A program made the position numbers and the translations under genes. Below the pieces are notes generated by a model, which searched no databases, was not told the origin of the DNA, and saw nothing but the letters and a program-made list of their open reading frames with translations. 64,000 bases of DNA from Mobula hypostoma (lineage: Eukaryota), in contig NC_086097.1 of assembly GCF_963921235.1 (NCBI RefSeq), positions 65,722,001 to 65,786,000 on the forward strand. Reading direction: 5' to 3'. Within the stretch, counting starts at the first letter, position 1. Each line of letters opens with the position of its first letter. Positions 24,071 to 36,329 of the stretch are shown piece after piece.

Positions 24071-24245
24071 AGCAACACACATCAAAGTTGCTGGTGAACG
24101 CAGCAGGCCAAGCAGCATCTTGGCCTGAAACATCGACTGTACCTCTTCCTAGAGATGCTGCCTGGCCTGCTGCGTTCACCAGCAACTTTGATGTGTGTTC
24201 CTTGAATTCCCAGCATCTGCAGATTTCCTGTTGTTTGCGTTTTTA
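24071..24245. mobile_element. Fold-back PLE-derived insertion in CR1 ORF2
   Basis: About 50 bp inverted arm then the forward PLE terminus; 13 bp TSD aaatgttcagggg at 24058-24070 and 24246-24258. Confidence 0.9.
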
Positions 24246-26772
24246 AAATGTTCAGGGGATATTTGTGTGGAGTTCTGCATAGATACGTCCCAATGAGACA
24301 GGGAAGTTATGGTAGGGTACAGGAACCATGGTGTACAAAGGCTGTAATCAATCTAGTCAAGAAGAAAAGCTTACAAAAAGTTCAGAGAGCTAAGTAATGT
24401 TAGAGATCTGGAAGATTATAAGGCGAATAGGAAGGAGCTTTTGAAGGAAATTAGGAGAGCCAGAGGGGGCCATGAGAAGGCCTTGGCGGGCAGGATTAAG
24501 GAAAACCTCAAGGCATTCTACAAGCATGTGAAGAGGAAGAGGATAAGACGTGAAAGAATAGGACCTACCACGTGTGACAGTGGGAAAGTTTGTATGGAAC
24601 AAGAGGAAATAGCAGAGGTACTTAATAAAAACTTTACTTCAGTATTCACTATGGAAAAGGATCTTGGTGATTGTAATGATGACTTGCAGTAGACTGAAAA
24701 CCTTGAGCATGTAGATTTTAAGAAAGAGGATGTGCTCGAGCTATTGGAAAGCATTATGTTGGATAAGTCACTGGGACTGGATGAAATGTACCCCGGGTTA
24801 CTGTGGGAGGTGAGGGAGGAGATTGCTGAGCCTCTGGCGATGATCTTTGCATCATCAACGTGGACGGGAGAGGCTCTGGAGGATTGGAGGGTTGTGGATG
24901 TTGTTCCCTTATTCAAGAAAGGGAGTAGAGATAGCCCAGGAAATTATAGACCAGTGAGTCTTACTTCAGTGGTTGGTAAGTTGATGGAGAAGATCCATCT
25001 TGGAGGAGATTTATGAACATTTGGAGCGGTATAATATGATTAGGAATAGTCAGCATTGCTTTGTCAAGGGCAGGTCGTGCCTTCTGAGCCTGAATGAATT
25101 TTTTGAGGATGTGACTAAACACATTGATGAAGGAAGAGCAGCAGATGTAGTGTGTATGGATTTCAGCAAGGCATTTGATAAGGTACCCCGTGCAAGGCTT
25201 ATTGAGAAAGTAAGGAGGAATGGGATCCAAGGGGATATTGCTTTGTGGATCCAGATCTGGCTTGCCCACAGAAGGCAAAGAGTGGTTGGAGACGGGTCAT
25301 ATTCTGCATGGAGCTCGGTCATCAGTGGAGTGCCTCAGGGATCTGTTCTGGGACCCTTACTCTTCGTGATTTTTATAAATGACCTGGATGAGGAAGTGGA
25401 GGGATGGGTTAGTAAGTTTGCTGATGACACAAAGGTTGGAGGTGTTGTGGATAGTGTGGAGGGCTGTCAGAGTTTACAGTGGGACATTGATAGGATGCAA
25501 AACTGGGCTGAGAAGTTGCAGATGGAGTTCAACCCAGATAAGTGTGAAGTGGTTCATTTTGGTAGGTCAAATATGATGGCAGAATATAGTATTAATGGTA
25601 AGAGTGTTGGCAGTGTGGAGGATCAGAGGGATCTTGGGGTCTGAGTCTGTAGGACGCTCAAAGCTGCTGCGCAGGTCGACTCTGTGGTCAAGAAGGCGTA
25701 CGGTGTATTGGCCTTCATCAATTGTGGAATTGAATTTAGGAGCTGAGAGGTAAAGTTGCAGCTATATAGGACCCTGGTCGGACCCCACTTGGAGAACTGT
25801 GCTCATTTCTGTTCGCCTCACTATAGGAAGGACATTGAAACCATAGAGAGGGTGCAGAGAAGATTTACAAGAATGTTGCCTGGATTGGGGAGCATGCCTT
25901 ATGAGAATAGGTTGAGTGAACTCGGCGTTTTCTCCTTGGAGCGACGGAGGATGAGAGGTGACCTGATAGAGGTGTATAAGATGATGAGAGGCATTGATCA
26001 TGTGGATAGTCAGAGGTTTTTTCCCAGAGCTGAAATGTTTGCCACAAGAAGACACTGGTTTAAGGCGCTGAGGAGTAGGTGCAGATGAGGTGCCAGGGGT
26101 AAGTTTTTTACTCAGAGAGTGGTGAGTGCGTGGAATGGGCTGCCGGCGACGGTGGTGAAGGCAGATATGATAGGGTCTTTTAAGAGACTTTTGGGTAGGT
26201 ACATGGAGCTTAGGAAAATAGAGGGCTATAGATAAGCCTAGTAATTTCTAAGTTAGGGACATGTTCAGCTCAACTTTGTGGGCTGAAAGGCCTGTATTGT
26301 GCTGTAGGTTTTCTATGTTTCTATGCAACTATGGTTTTGTTTCTTAGTGTTCCTGCATCACATTCACAATGTCAGCAATGCTCATTTCAGCTGGTTTGGT
26401 TGGAGCAGTTAAACTTCTAAGCAAATTGTGTGCATTTCACTCATTGCACCTGCAACACTGGTACTCATTGTTCATTGTCTATTTCATTTGCTTCAAAATA
26501 CTGCTCAATTCATTCAGTATACATAATCCATTATCTGTTGTGCAGTCAAATGCATCTATCTTTCCAGCATTTCTGCTTTTTAAAAAAACATTTTGTTATT
26601 ATTATCACTAGGTACTCACTGCTTGTGATCATACTCGTTATTTGTTAATTTCTTTCATTTACTGCCTATTTTTTAAGAAAACTTAAATGTCTCTCCTCTT
26701 CAGAAAAAAAAATGTTGCGCTTCAACACGTATGTAGTCATCTCGCATTCACTTAAAACTTCCTTGTCATCAC

Positions 26773-27011
26773 TGTTACGTTTTGTAACTCCAGAAACTGA
26801 AAGAAAAACACAGGAGCTGGGATACTTGTCTACTTCATTTTATTTCCTTTTCTTTCAGTGAGGAGCTCACATATGACGTAGCATGAATCCATATGCTATT
26901 CATGTACTTCTCGCATATAAGCCGTAATAAGTTATGTAAACAAATAATGCTCAATGAAACAATATAAATATGATATTACTCAAATGTTACAGAAATATTG
27001 AATGGACAACA
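26773..27011 (-). repeat. Gypsy-family LTR, apparently solo
   Basis: tgttac...gacaaca (TG..CA); similar to 18240-18462; no clear TSD. Confidence 0.75.
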
Positions 27012-27112
27012 GGATTTACCTGTGATGGACTGGGTTGCATCCACTACTTTTTGTAGGATTTTCTGTTCAAGGGCAATGGTGTTTCTACACCAGGCAGTGA
27101 TGCAACCTGTCC

Positions 27113-27636
27113 CCACGGACCAGGCAGCATCTCTAGGAAGAGGTACAGTCAATGTTTCGGGCCGAGACCCTTCGAATGTGTGTATTGACCTCAAACTTCT
27201 GCTAATGCCCCACCTCCCCCTCGTACCCCATCTGTTATTTATATACACACATTCTTTTTCTCTCTCTCCTTTTTCTCCCTCTGTCCCTTTCACTATGCCC
27301 CGTGCCCATCCTCTGGGCTTTTCTCCCCCCTCCCCCTTTTCTTTCTCCCTAGGCCTCCTGTCCCATGATCCTCTCATATCCCTCTTGCCAATCAACTGTC
27401 CAGCTCTTGACTCCATACTTCCCCCTCCTGTCTTCTCCTATCATTTCGGATCTCCCCCACCCCCTCCCACTTTCAAATCTCTTACTAGCTCTTCTTTCAG
27501 TTAGTCCTGACGAAGGGTCTCGGCCCGAAACGTCAACTGTACCTCTTCCTAGAGATGCTGCCTGGCCTGCTGCGTTCACCAGCAACTTATATGTCTGATG
27601 CTTGAAATTCCAGGATCTGCAGATTTCCTTGTGTTT
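27113..27636 (+). mobile_element. PLE 3' fragment preceded by a short inverted copy of its own terminus (about 27113-27175)
   Basis: 27190-27636 matches 8935-9382; 27120-27174 is the reverse complement of the hammerhead-proximal segment. Confidence 0.88.
27502..27539 (+). ncRNA. Minimal type I hammerhead ribozyme motif (PLE-associated)
   Basis: tagtc ctgacga agggtctcggccc gaaa cgtc aactg; stem II GGGU/GCCC intact, one stem I mismatch next to the cleavage site. Confidence 0.72.
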
Positions 27637-28482
27637 GAGTATTCTGTCCACTGTGCATCGATAGAAGTTTGTCAAATGTTTGCGTGACATGACAAATGTT
27701 CACAAACTTCTCAGAAAATAAAGCTGCTGCCTTTGTCATGGCACTTGTGTGCTGGACCTAGGACTGATCCTTAAATGATAGCATTGAGGAATTTAAAGTT
27801 GCTGGTCCTCTCCTCCTCTGATACCCTGATGAGGACTAACTCATGGAACTTCAGTTTCCTCCTCCTAATGTTGAACTTCAGCTCCTTCTTGCTGACATTG
27901 AGTAAGAAGTTGTTATGGCACCACTCTGCCAGATTTTCTATCTCCTTCCTATATGTTGATTCCTCAGCACCTTTGATTCAGCCTAAACAGTGGTGTCATC
28001 AGCAAACTTTAAATATGGCATGACTAAGCTGCTGTACTTGGTCTCATAGTCATAAGTATAAAGCAGTGGGCTAATCACACAGCCTTGTAGTGTACATGTG
28101 CTACTGATGATTGTGCAGGAGATGATGTTACCAATCCAAACTGACTGGGGTCTGCAAGTGAGGAAATCAAGGTTCCAGTTGCACCAGCCGACATTGAGGC
28201 CTCGGTCTTAGAGCTTATTGATTAGTTTTGAGGGGATGATGGTGTTGAATGCAGCGCTGTCGTCAGTGAATGATGATGTATGCATCTTCACTCGCCAAAT
28301 GTTCCAGGGTTGAGTGAAGAACCAATAAAGTGGCATCTGCTATTTACCTGTTGTGACAGTTGGCAAATTGAAGCAGATCTCAGTCACTCCTGAGGCAGGA
28401 GTTGATATGTTTCATCACTAACCTCTCAAAGTACTTCGTCACAGTGGAGGTAAGTGCTATTGGATGATAATCATTGTTACTG

Positions 28483-29038
28483 TGTTGCCCTTAAGGCATT
28501 TATTTGACTTTGTTGGGTCTACGCTTTAAATGATTTGTTTGTAACTATTTTCTACTTAAAGTTAAAGGTTGATAACTATATTACAGTTTAACAAAGGTAA
28601 ATTCATTATCTATGGTATATCGTGGCATGTGATGACGTCACCTCCGGTTTCACCACGTCTTATGTGTAACCTCTGGTTCGGGAAGGTGGAAATATTAACA
28701 CGGTTTCTGTTAAAGGAAGCGACGGTTGGGGCAGCAAGTGTGTCAGCTTTTCAGTTTCAAACACGGGGTGGGCTCAGACCCAGCGGCGGTTTGATTCGAC
28801 CCCCCTCGCTCCCTACTTGGGGCGGCTGGAGACACTTGCTAAAAGAAGAGAGCGCGCATGGTCTCCAGAATGAAACAGACGCTGTATATGTTTGTATTTT
28901 TTTTAATCAACAGTTTTCACCATACGATGTTAATGAGGAAGAGTGAACAGGTTAACCTTACTACAACTCTGTCTTCATTGGCTCCGGTTTAACTTGGTGT
29001 TTAGTCAGAGTTTCAACACACTGCACGAGAACACTACA
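28483..29038 (+). repeat. BEL 5' LTR
   Basis: tgttgcccttaagg...gagaacactaca; direct repeat of 34533-35199. Confidence 0.93.
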
Positions 29039-31492
29039 GTGAGAAGGCGAAATCATTAGATGTTTTGACAAGTGGTACGATGGCTTCCATCCAGCACTTG
29101 CATCCAGCGCCAAGAGCTGTAGGACATCGACAAAGGTGGCTGCCCTCGCAAGATCTAAAGCAGAAGCCGCCAAGGTGTGAGCGTCATACGCTAACCAAGA
29201 AGCAAAACTGAAAATGGAAAAAGCTCCCAGAGAAGCGGAAAGCCAGAAGGAAAAGGCTGCTAAAGAAGCAGAAAACCAGTTGGAAAAGGCAAGGATAGAT
29301 TCAGAGTTAGAAGTGCTGACGCTACAACGAGAAGCTGATGCGACCGCGGTGGAAACACAAGTGTTGTTGGAAAATGCTGAAGAAATGCATGTTCTAGACG
29401 AAACGGGAAAATCTATGTTAGAAAGGGCCAAATTGGAACGCACCAGCGAATATGTCCAATCTCAAATCGACCTGCAGATTTATTCTACCTCTCCATACTT
29501 GCCTGTTAATGGCCCATCTCATGTGAAATCACAGGGAAGCTTCATTGCATCGCATCCACCTGGGGAAGACAACTCACAATTGCAACCTTGCCACAAACTC
29601 AAGTATGAAAGGGCTGACTACGAATACTTCCCGACACCAAACTTACCAGATCTGGTGAGATCAGAGACAAAGGCTGAAGTCAGAACATCAAATCCCATCG
29701 TGAACATACACGCTCAGTCATATGTTCCCCAACATATTCCCCCAGCTAGCGCACCACCTGCAGCAGAACTCTTGGCACAGTATTTAGCGCGATGAGACCT
29801 TGTCAATTCAGGACTGTACCAGTTTGATGATAAGCCTGAAAATTACCGTGCGTGGTACTCCTCATTCACCAGTGCCACTGGCGGAGTCCAGCTCACAGCA
29901 ACCCAAGAGTTGGACCTTATGACCTAAATGGCTGGGAAAGAAATCAAGTGAGCAGGTGAAACGCATATGCTCAGTGTACATCAACAACTCCAATCTAGCC
30001 TTACGCAAAGCATGGGAGAGACTGCGGGACTGCTATGCGGCCCCTGAAATTATTGCGAAGGCGCTATTTCAACAGCTGGACAATTTTCCTAGGGTGTCAG
30101 CCAAGGACCACACTAAATTATGAGAACTCGAAGATTTACTCATGGAGATTCAAGGTGCCAAAGAAGACGGCTATTTAACTGGCCTGTCGTATCTGGAGAC
30201 TTCACGTGGAGTTGGACCAATTGTGGACAAACTTCCATTTGGGCTACAGGAAAGATGGGTTTCTATTGGCTCAGAGTACAAGGAAGAGAACGGTGGTCGA
30301 TTCACTCCCTTTGAGTATTTTAGTAGGTTTGTGTGCAAGGAGGCGAAGAGGCGAAACGACCCTAGCTTCATGAATCAAAGCAGCACCACAACTCACACCA
30401 AGCCAGTCAAACCCATTTTGAACAACTTTGTCATCAATAAACCCATCTCAGTGCATAAAACCGAAGTCTCTGCAAACAACGATGACCCAAGCAAGAATTG
30501 TCCATTGCCCAGCAAACCCCACCCCCGCAAAAAATGCAGTATATTTCGAAACAAACCCTTTGATGAAAGAAAGGCCCTTCTCAAGGAAAATAAAATATGT
30601 TTTAAGTGCTGTTCCTCTACCTCCCACCTCGCTAAAGAGTGTACCTGCCCCGTAAAGTACTCAGAATGTAACAGCATTAATCACGATGGGGCCATGCACC
30701 CCGGCCCGTCACCGCAAACTGCCAAGGCTCCTCCACTCCCACAAGAGGATGGCAGGGAGGGAGAGCATCACTCTGATACAACTATTGTCAGCTTGAGCTG
30801 TACAAAAGTTTGTGGTCCAGGTCAGTCGAGCTGTTTGTGCTCAAAGATCTGCCTGACTAAGGTATATCCTAAGGGAGCCAAAGACAAGGCCATCAAAGCC
30901 TATGTAATTCTGGACGACCACTAGTGAGACCAGAGTTCTTCGAGTTGTTCAGCGTAAAGGGTAATCCATTCCCATACTACCTCAGAACTTGCCCTGGCAT
31001 CGCAGAAACATATGGCAGGAAGGCAGAAGTCGCTGGATGGCAAAGTCATCATCAGTCTCCCTCCACTCTTAGAGTGCAGTGAGATCTTAAATAACCGATC
31101 CAAGATTCCGATGCCAAGCACAGTGCTACACCAGCCCCATCTCCACCACATTGCCAAGCACATCCCAGAACTGAATCCAGAAGCAGAAGTACTCCTGATA
31201 CTTTGAAGAGACGTTCTTAGGGTGCACAAAGTCAGGCAGCAGGTCAATGGACCACACAACGCCCCCTTCACCCAACGTCTGGATCTGAGCTGGGTGGTGA
31301 TAGGAGAGGTGTGCCCTGGCAACATACACAAGCCGACAGTTAACACACTCAAGAGTAACGTGCTAAAGAGTGGCCGCCATTCAATTTCTCAGCCCTCCAC
31401 AAGTGTTATGTATATCAAGGAAGCACAACAAAGGCACGAGCATAGTAAAGTAACTGAGAAGACACTAGAACAGTCAGTCTTCACTCAAACTA

Positions 31493-32641
31493 TGAGTTTG
31501 AGTGAAGACTGACTGTTTTTTGACTTGTCATGTTTTTTGACTTCTCCAGTGCATTCAACACCATCCGCCCTGCTTTGCTGGGGGAGAAGCTGATAGCGAT
31601 GCAGGTGGATGCTTTCCTGGTGTCATGGATTCTTGATTACCTGACTGCCAGACCACAATACGTGTGCTTGCAACACTGTGTGTCCGGCAGAGTTATCAAC
31701 AGCACTGGGGCTCCACAGCAGACTGTCTTGTCTCCCTTTCTTTTCACCATTTACACCTCGGACTTCAACTACTGCACGGAGTCTTGTCATCTTCGGAAGT
31801 TTTCTGATGACTCTGCCATAGTTGGATGCATCAGCAAGGGAGATGAGACTGAGTACAGGGCTACGGTAGGAAACTTTGTCACATGGTGTGAGCAGAATTA
31901 ATGTGAAAAAGACTAAGGAGCTGGTGGTAGACCTGAGGAGAGCTAAGGTACTGGTGACCCCTGTTTCCATCCAGGGGGTCAGTGTGGACATGGTGGAGGA
32001 TTACAAATACCTGGGGATATGAATTGACAATAAACTGGACTGGTCAAAGAACACTGAGGCTGTCTACAAGAAGGATCAGAGCCGTCTCTATTTCCTGAGG
32101 AGACTGAGGTCCTTTAACATCTGCCAGACGATGCTGAGGATGTTCTACGAGTCTGTGGTGGCCAGTGCGATCATGTTGGCTGTTGTGTGCTGGAGCAGCA
32201 GGCTGAGGGTAGCAGACACCAGCAGAATCAACAAACTCATTCGTAAGGCCAGTGATGTTGTGGGGATGGAACTGGACTCTCTGACGGTGGTGTCTGAAAA
32301 GAGGATGCTGTCCAAGTTGCATGCCATCTTGGACAATGTCTCCCATCCACTACATAATGTACTGGTTGGGCACAAGAGTACATTCTGTCAGAGACTCATT
32401 CCACCGAGATGCAACAGAGAGTGTCATAGGAGGTCATTACTGCCTGTGGGCATCAAACTTTACAACTTCTCCCTTGGAGGGTCAGACACCCTGAGCCAAT
32501 AGGCTGGTCCTGGACTTATTTCCTGGCATAATTTACATATTACTATTTAACTATTTATGGTTTTATTACTATTTAATTACTTATGGTGCAACTGTAATGA
32601 AAACCAATTTCCCCTGGGATCAATAAAGTATGACTATGACT
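31493..32641 (+). mobile_element. Rex1/Babar LINE (5'-truncated) inserted in BEL pol
   Basis: MFFDFSSAFNTI, GAPQQTVLSPFLF, FSDDSAIVG, KTKELVVD; tail aataaagtatgactatgact; TSD aaacta at 31487-31492 and 32642-32647. Confidence 0.92.
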
Positions 32642-34532
32642 AAACTAAGCACGATAATAAACTTGCACCATCTGTGGAAAACGCCATCTTCTTAAAAATA
32701 ATGGACACAAAGGTCACTAGAGAGGATGCGAACAACTGGGTCACCACACTACCGTTCAGAGAACCATGCCAGCGCTTGCCAAACAACAAAGAGCAGGCAG
32801 TCATGGAGGCCTTCTCACCTGATGACTATGCTCCAGCAATCAAGGACCTAGATCTAGGTGGAGAAACCATACCCACACAAAGGAGTTTGGGTCTCCTTTG
32901 GGAGATCACGACCGACACATTCATGTTCTCTGTGTCGACCACGAACAAACCATTCACCCGCCGTGGAGTTCTCTCCACTGTCAACAGTGTTTTTGATCCC
33001 CTACGTCTGCTGGCGCCAGATACGATCCAGGGAAAAGCCTTCCTCAGAGGACTTACCTCTGAGCTCTCCAACTGGGACAATTCTCTGCCAGAAGACAAGC
33101 TAAGCAGTTGGGAAGCTTGGAGAGATTCACTTCAAGACCTAAAACAGCTTCATGTCCCACGTAGGTACACTGTGACCTCACTCACTGAGGCCGCGCACAG
33201 AGAATTGTGTGTGTTCTCGGATGCATCATCCAAAGCCATCGGTGCTGTGGCCTACCTGAAAGTAGTTTGGAAAGATGGTCAAGTTGAAGTAGGATTTGTA
33301 GCTGGTAAGGTGAAACTAGCACCTCAGTCCGAGCCTACAATCCCAAGGCTTGAACTGTGCGCAGCTGTTCTAGCTGTGGAAATGGCAGATCTTATCCAGG
33401 ACGAGCTAGACCTAGAACTGGATGCCACCAAGTTCTACACAGACAGCAAAGTAGTGCTCGGCTATATCTATGATGAATCAAAACGTTTCTACGTGTACAT
33501 TCACAATAGAGTTCAATGCATCCACCTGTCCTCAAAGCCCAAACAATGGGATTATGTACGTACAGAAGAAAACCCTGCTGACCACGCATCGAGATCCTTA
33601 CCTGCATCCCGTTTGGCGCAGACTTCCTGGTTCACTGGACCCTCCTTCCTGTATCAGCCACCAGCAGATAAAACACAAACGAGCGAGACATTTGAGCTGA
33701 TCGAACCCAAAAGGGACTCGGAAATCCGGCCACAAATACAAACCTGTGCCACCTACATGGAAGAATCAATATGTACCACTGACCGCTTTCAGTGGTTCTC
33801 CACCTTGAACTCCTTAGTGAGAGGAATTGCATTCCTCATCGACATCACCAGATCCCACAAACACTCACCCCAATGTAGCAAATGCAAAGGATGGCACAAA
33901 TGTGGCTTATCTCGCGCTCCGGACGAATTGACCCAGGCAAAGGATGTCGTCCTTAAAACAACTCAAGGGCAGCCTTTGCAAAGGAACTTTCAGCCCTCCA
34001 AACTAATAAACCAATACCAAAGAATAGCCCTTCGAGGAAACTCAGCTCGATCCTGGAGAATGATCTCATTCGCGTTGGAGGCCGATTAGCATACTCTCAC
34101 CAGCAATGCTCCTTACGCAGAAGGCAGGAGTTCCCCCTCCACCTGGAGACTTCTCAGACAGGGACTTGTACATGAAGCAATGGAGACAGGTTCAGGCTCT
34201 TGCAAATCAGTTTTGGACCCGTTGGAGCCGCGAATACCTACCTTTGTTGCAACACAGACGGAGGTGGACAGCACCTCGCAGGAACCTTCAAGTTGGAGAT
34301 CTAGTCCTGCTCAGGGACAAGCAGATCACCCGAAACTGCTGACCAATGGCCATAATCACTGCCACATTCCCTGGAAGAGATGGATATGTCAGGAAGGTTG
34401 AGTTAAAAACTACTGACTAGGGTGATGTGAAAACTTACCTGAGACCATTTACAGAGGTCGTTCTACTTCTACCTAAAGACTGATCTAGAGACTAAAGTTC
34501 TATACCATGTTACAAAGGTCAGGCGGGGAGTG

Positions 34533-35199
34533 TGTTGCCCTTAAGGTATTTATTTGACCTTGTTGGGTCTACGCTTTAAATGATTTGTTTGTAACTATTT
34601 TCTAGTTAAAGTTAAAAGTTGATAACTATGTTACAGTTTAACAAAGGTAAATTCATTGTCTATGGTATATTGCGGCATGTGATGACGTCACCTCCGGTTT
34701 CGCTGCGTCTTATGTGTAACCTCCGGTTCAGGAAGGTGGAAAGGGGGGTGCCATGCATGCAGCATGGTCATGAAGAGCTCCATTTCTACCCACAAAGAAA
34801 CATTATAGAAGCAATGCCATAAGTTCCTATGAAAGTATTTGAAGTAAAAATATTAACACGGTTTCTGTTAAAGGAAGCGGCGGTTGGGGTGGCGCACGTG
34901 TCAGCTTTTCAATTTCAAACGCAGGGTGGGCTCGAGCCTGGCGGCGGTTTGACGCGACCCCCTCGCTCCCTACTCGGGGCGACTGGAGACACTTGCTAAA
35001 AGAAGAGAGCACGTGTGGTCTCCAGAATGAAACAGACGCTGTATATGTTTGTATTTTTTTATCAATAGTTTTCACCATACAATGTTAATGTGGAAGGGTG
35101 AACAGTAAATGGTTAACCTTACTATGACTCTGTCTTTGTTGGCTCCGGTTTAACTTAGTGTTTAGTCAGAGTTTCAACACACTGCACGAGAACACTACA
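34533..35199 (+). repeat. BEL 3' LTR
   Basis: Follows the PPT; TG...CA; carries about 110 bp that the 5' LTR lacks. Confidence 0.93.
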
Positions 35200-35775
35200 G
35201 TCATTGAGACAGGTTACCGCATCCTTGGGCACCGGTATAATGAAGCCTGCTTGAAATAGGCAGGTACCTCAGCCTGCTGAAGCAAGAAGCTAAAAATATC
35301 AGTGACACAGGTCTTCAGTATTCAGCCAGCTACATTGTCTGTACCAGATACTTTCCATAGGTTCACCCTCCTGAAGGATGCTCTCTCATCAGCCTCAGAG
35401 ACTGAATTTACATGGTCTTTGGAGGCTGTGGGAATTTCTGAAAACACCTCACGAGTTGCCGCTCAAAGTGATCATAAATGGCATAGAGCTCATATGGGAG
35501 CAAAACTTTGTTGTCATATTTGTTGCTTGAATTTACTTTGTAAGAGGTAAATGCATTCAAGCCCTGCTACAGCTGTCGAACATTCTTCTGTTAGTCAAGT
35601 TTGCTTCAGAATTACCAAAGTGTTATGTGAAATTACTTTTTGGAGGTCGTACCTGGACGTCTTGGATTTTCCTTGCTCACCAGACCTGAATGTCACTGAT
35701 CTGGCCCTCAGCAGACTGTGGATTTCTTGGTTCATCCAGGGCTCCTAACTGGGGAAGACTCTCAACGGTTTAGTG

Positions 35776-35935
35776 CAGTGGTCCCCAACCTACGGGCTGG
35801 AGACCGATACATTGCCATGAAGAATGCTGTGGTGCAGCGGTAGCCAGAACAGACCCAGCATATCTTTAAGAAAAAAGCCGAAATAAACAAGCTAATTAAT
35901 TAGGTGCCGCCTGGCACGTAAATGTCGGCCCAGAT
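35776..35935 (+). mobile_element. hAT-type MITE left-end fragment
   Basis: Begins cagtggtccccaacc (hAT/Charlie-type TIR) after gtttagtg. Confidence 0.55.
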
Positions 35936-36248
35936 CAGAGGCGATTGCCGATGAAACAGTGATCACAGCAATCCCTCATTTCCCTCAAGTATAGTAATCT
36001 TGCCTTAGCTGCTCTGTCTTGTTCTCCAGTGAAGGTACGTTTGCTAACAAGATACTTGGAAGAGGAAGTTTTACACCTTGAAAGTTTTAGTTTGGCTTGG
36101 AGTCCTCCCCTCCCGCCTCTCTTCCGACCATGGTGATGGTCCTTCATCCACTTAAAGGTGCTGCCGCTTAAAGGTGCTGTACCTTCATACCTGAGAGTCA
36201 AGTCTGCCAAGTCCATCAGGAGGTCATAAAATCGCAAGTTTGTTTCAG

Positions 36249-36329
36249 CAAGGGATTCCCAACCTACTGTCCACAGACCCCTCAGTTAACAGTAGGGGTC
36301 CATGGTATAAAAAACTTTGGGAACTCCTG
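36249..36329. mobile_element. About 80 bp hAT-type mini-MITE
   Basis: caagggattcccaac ... tttgggaactcctg imperfect TIRs, followed by gtttagat. Confidence 0.6.

Larger units (their letters stand above)
21780..26325 (+). mobile_element. Near full-length CR1 LINE (ORF1 Zn-finger + SGNH esterase; ORF2 APE endonuclease + RT), disrupted
   Basis: ORF1 CAWCQMW..ICTRCVELQLL, AVVIGDSIVRG, TNDIG, DGLHLN; ORF2 [44 protein letters not shown]; tail tttctatgtttctatg. Multiple stops and frameshifts. 5' boundary approximate. Confidence 0.95.
28475..35199 (+). mobile_element. BEL/Pao LTR retrotransposon with both LTRs; gag-pol disrupted and internally deleted
   Basis: LTR pair; near-TSD atcat (28470-28474) / gtcat (35200-35204); PPT ggcggggag at 34522-34530; gag ICFKCCSSTSHLAKEC; pol ELCVFSDASSKAIGAVAYL, TIPRLELCAAVLA, NPADHASR, FWTRWSREYLPLLQ (BEL signatures). 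Confidence 0.95.
27012..36240 (-). mobile_element. Decayed Rex1/Babar- or L2-like LINE, split by PLE, BEL and hAT-type insertions (pieces about 27012-27110, 27640-28474, 35200-35770, 35935-36240)
   Basis: LTNFYRCTV and LQKVVDATQSITG at the 3' side; DFSSVFNTI-like RT stretch near 28240-28270; RKRGGRGGLQAKLK at the 5' side; host sequence is continuous across the BEL element. Confidence 0.65.

Noticed and set aside
32674..34089. 471 aa ORF as a functional gene
   Set aside because: Internally deleted BEL pol remnant lacking the RT core.
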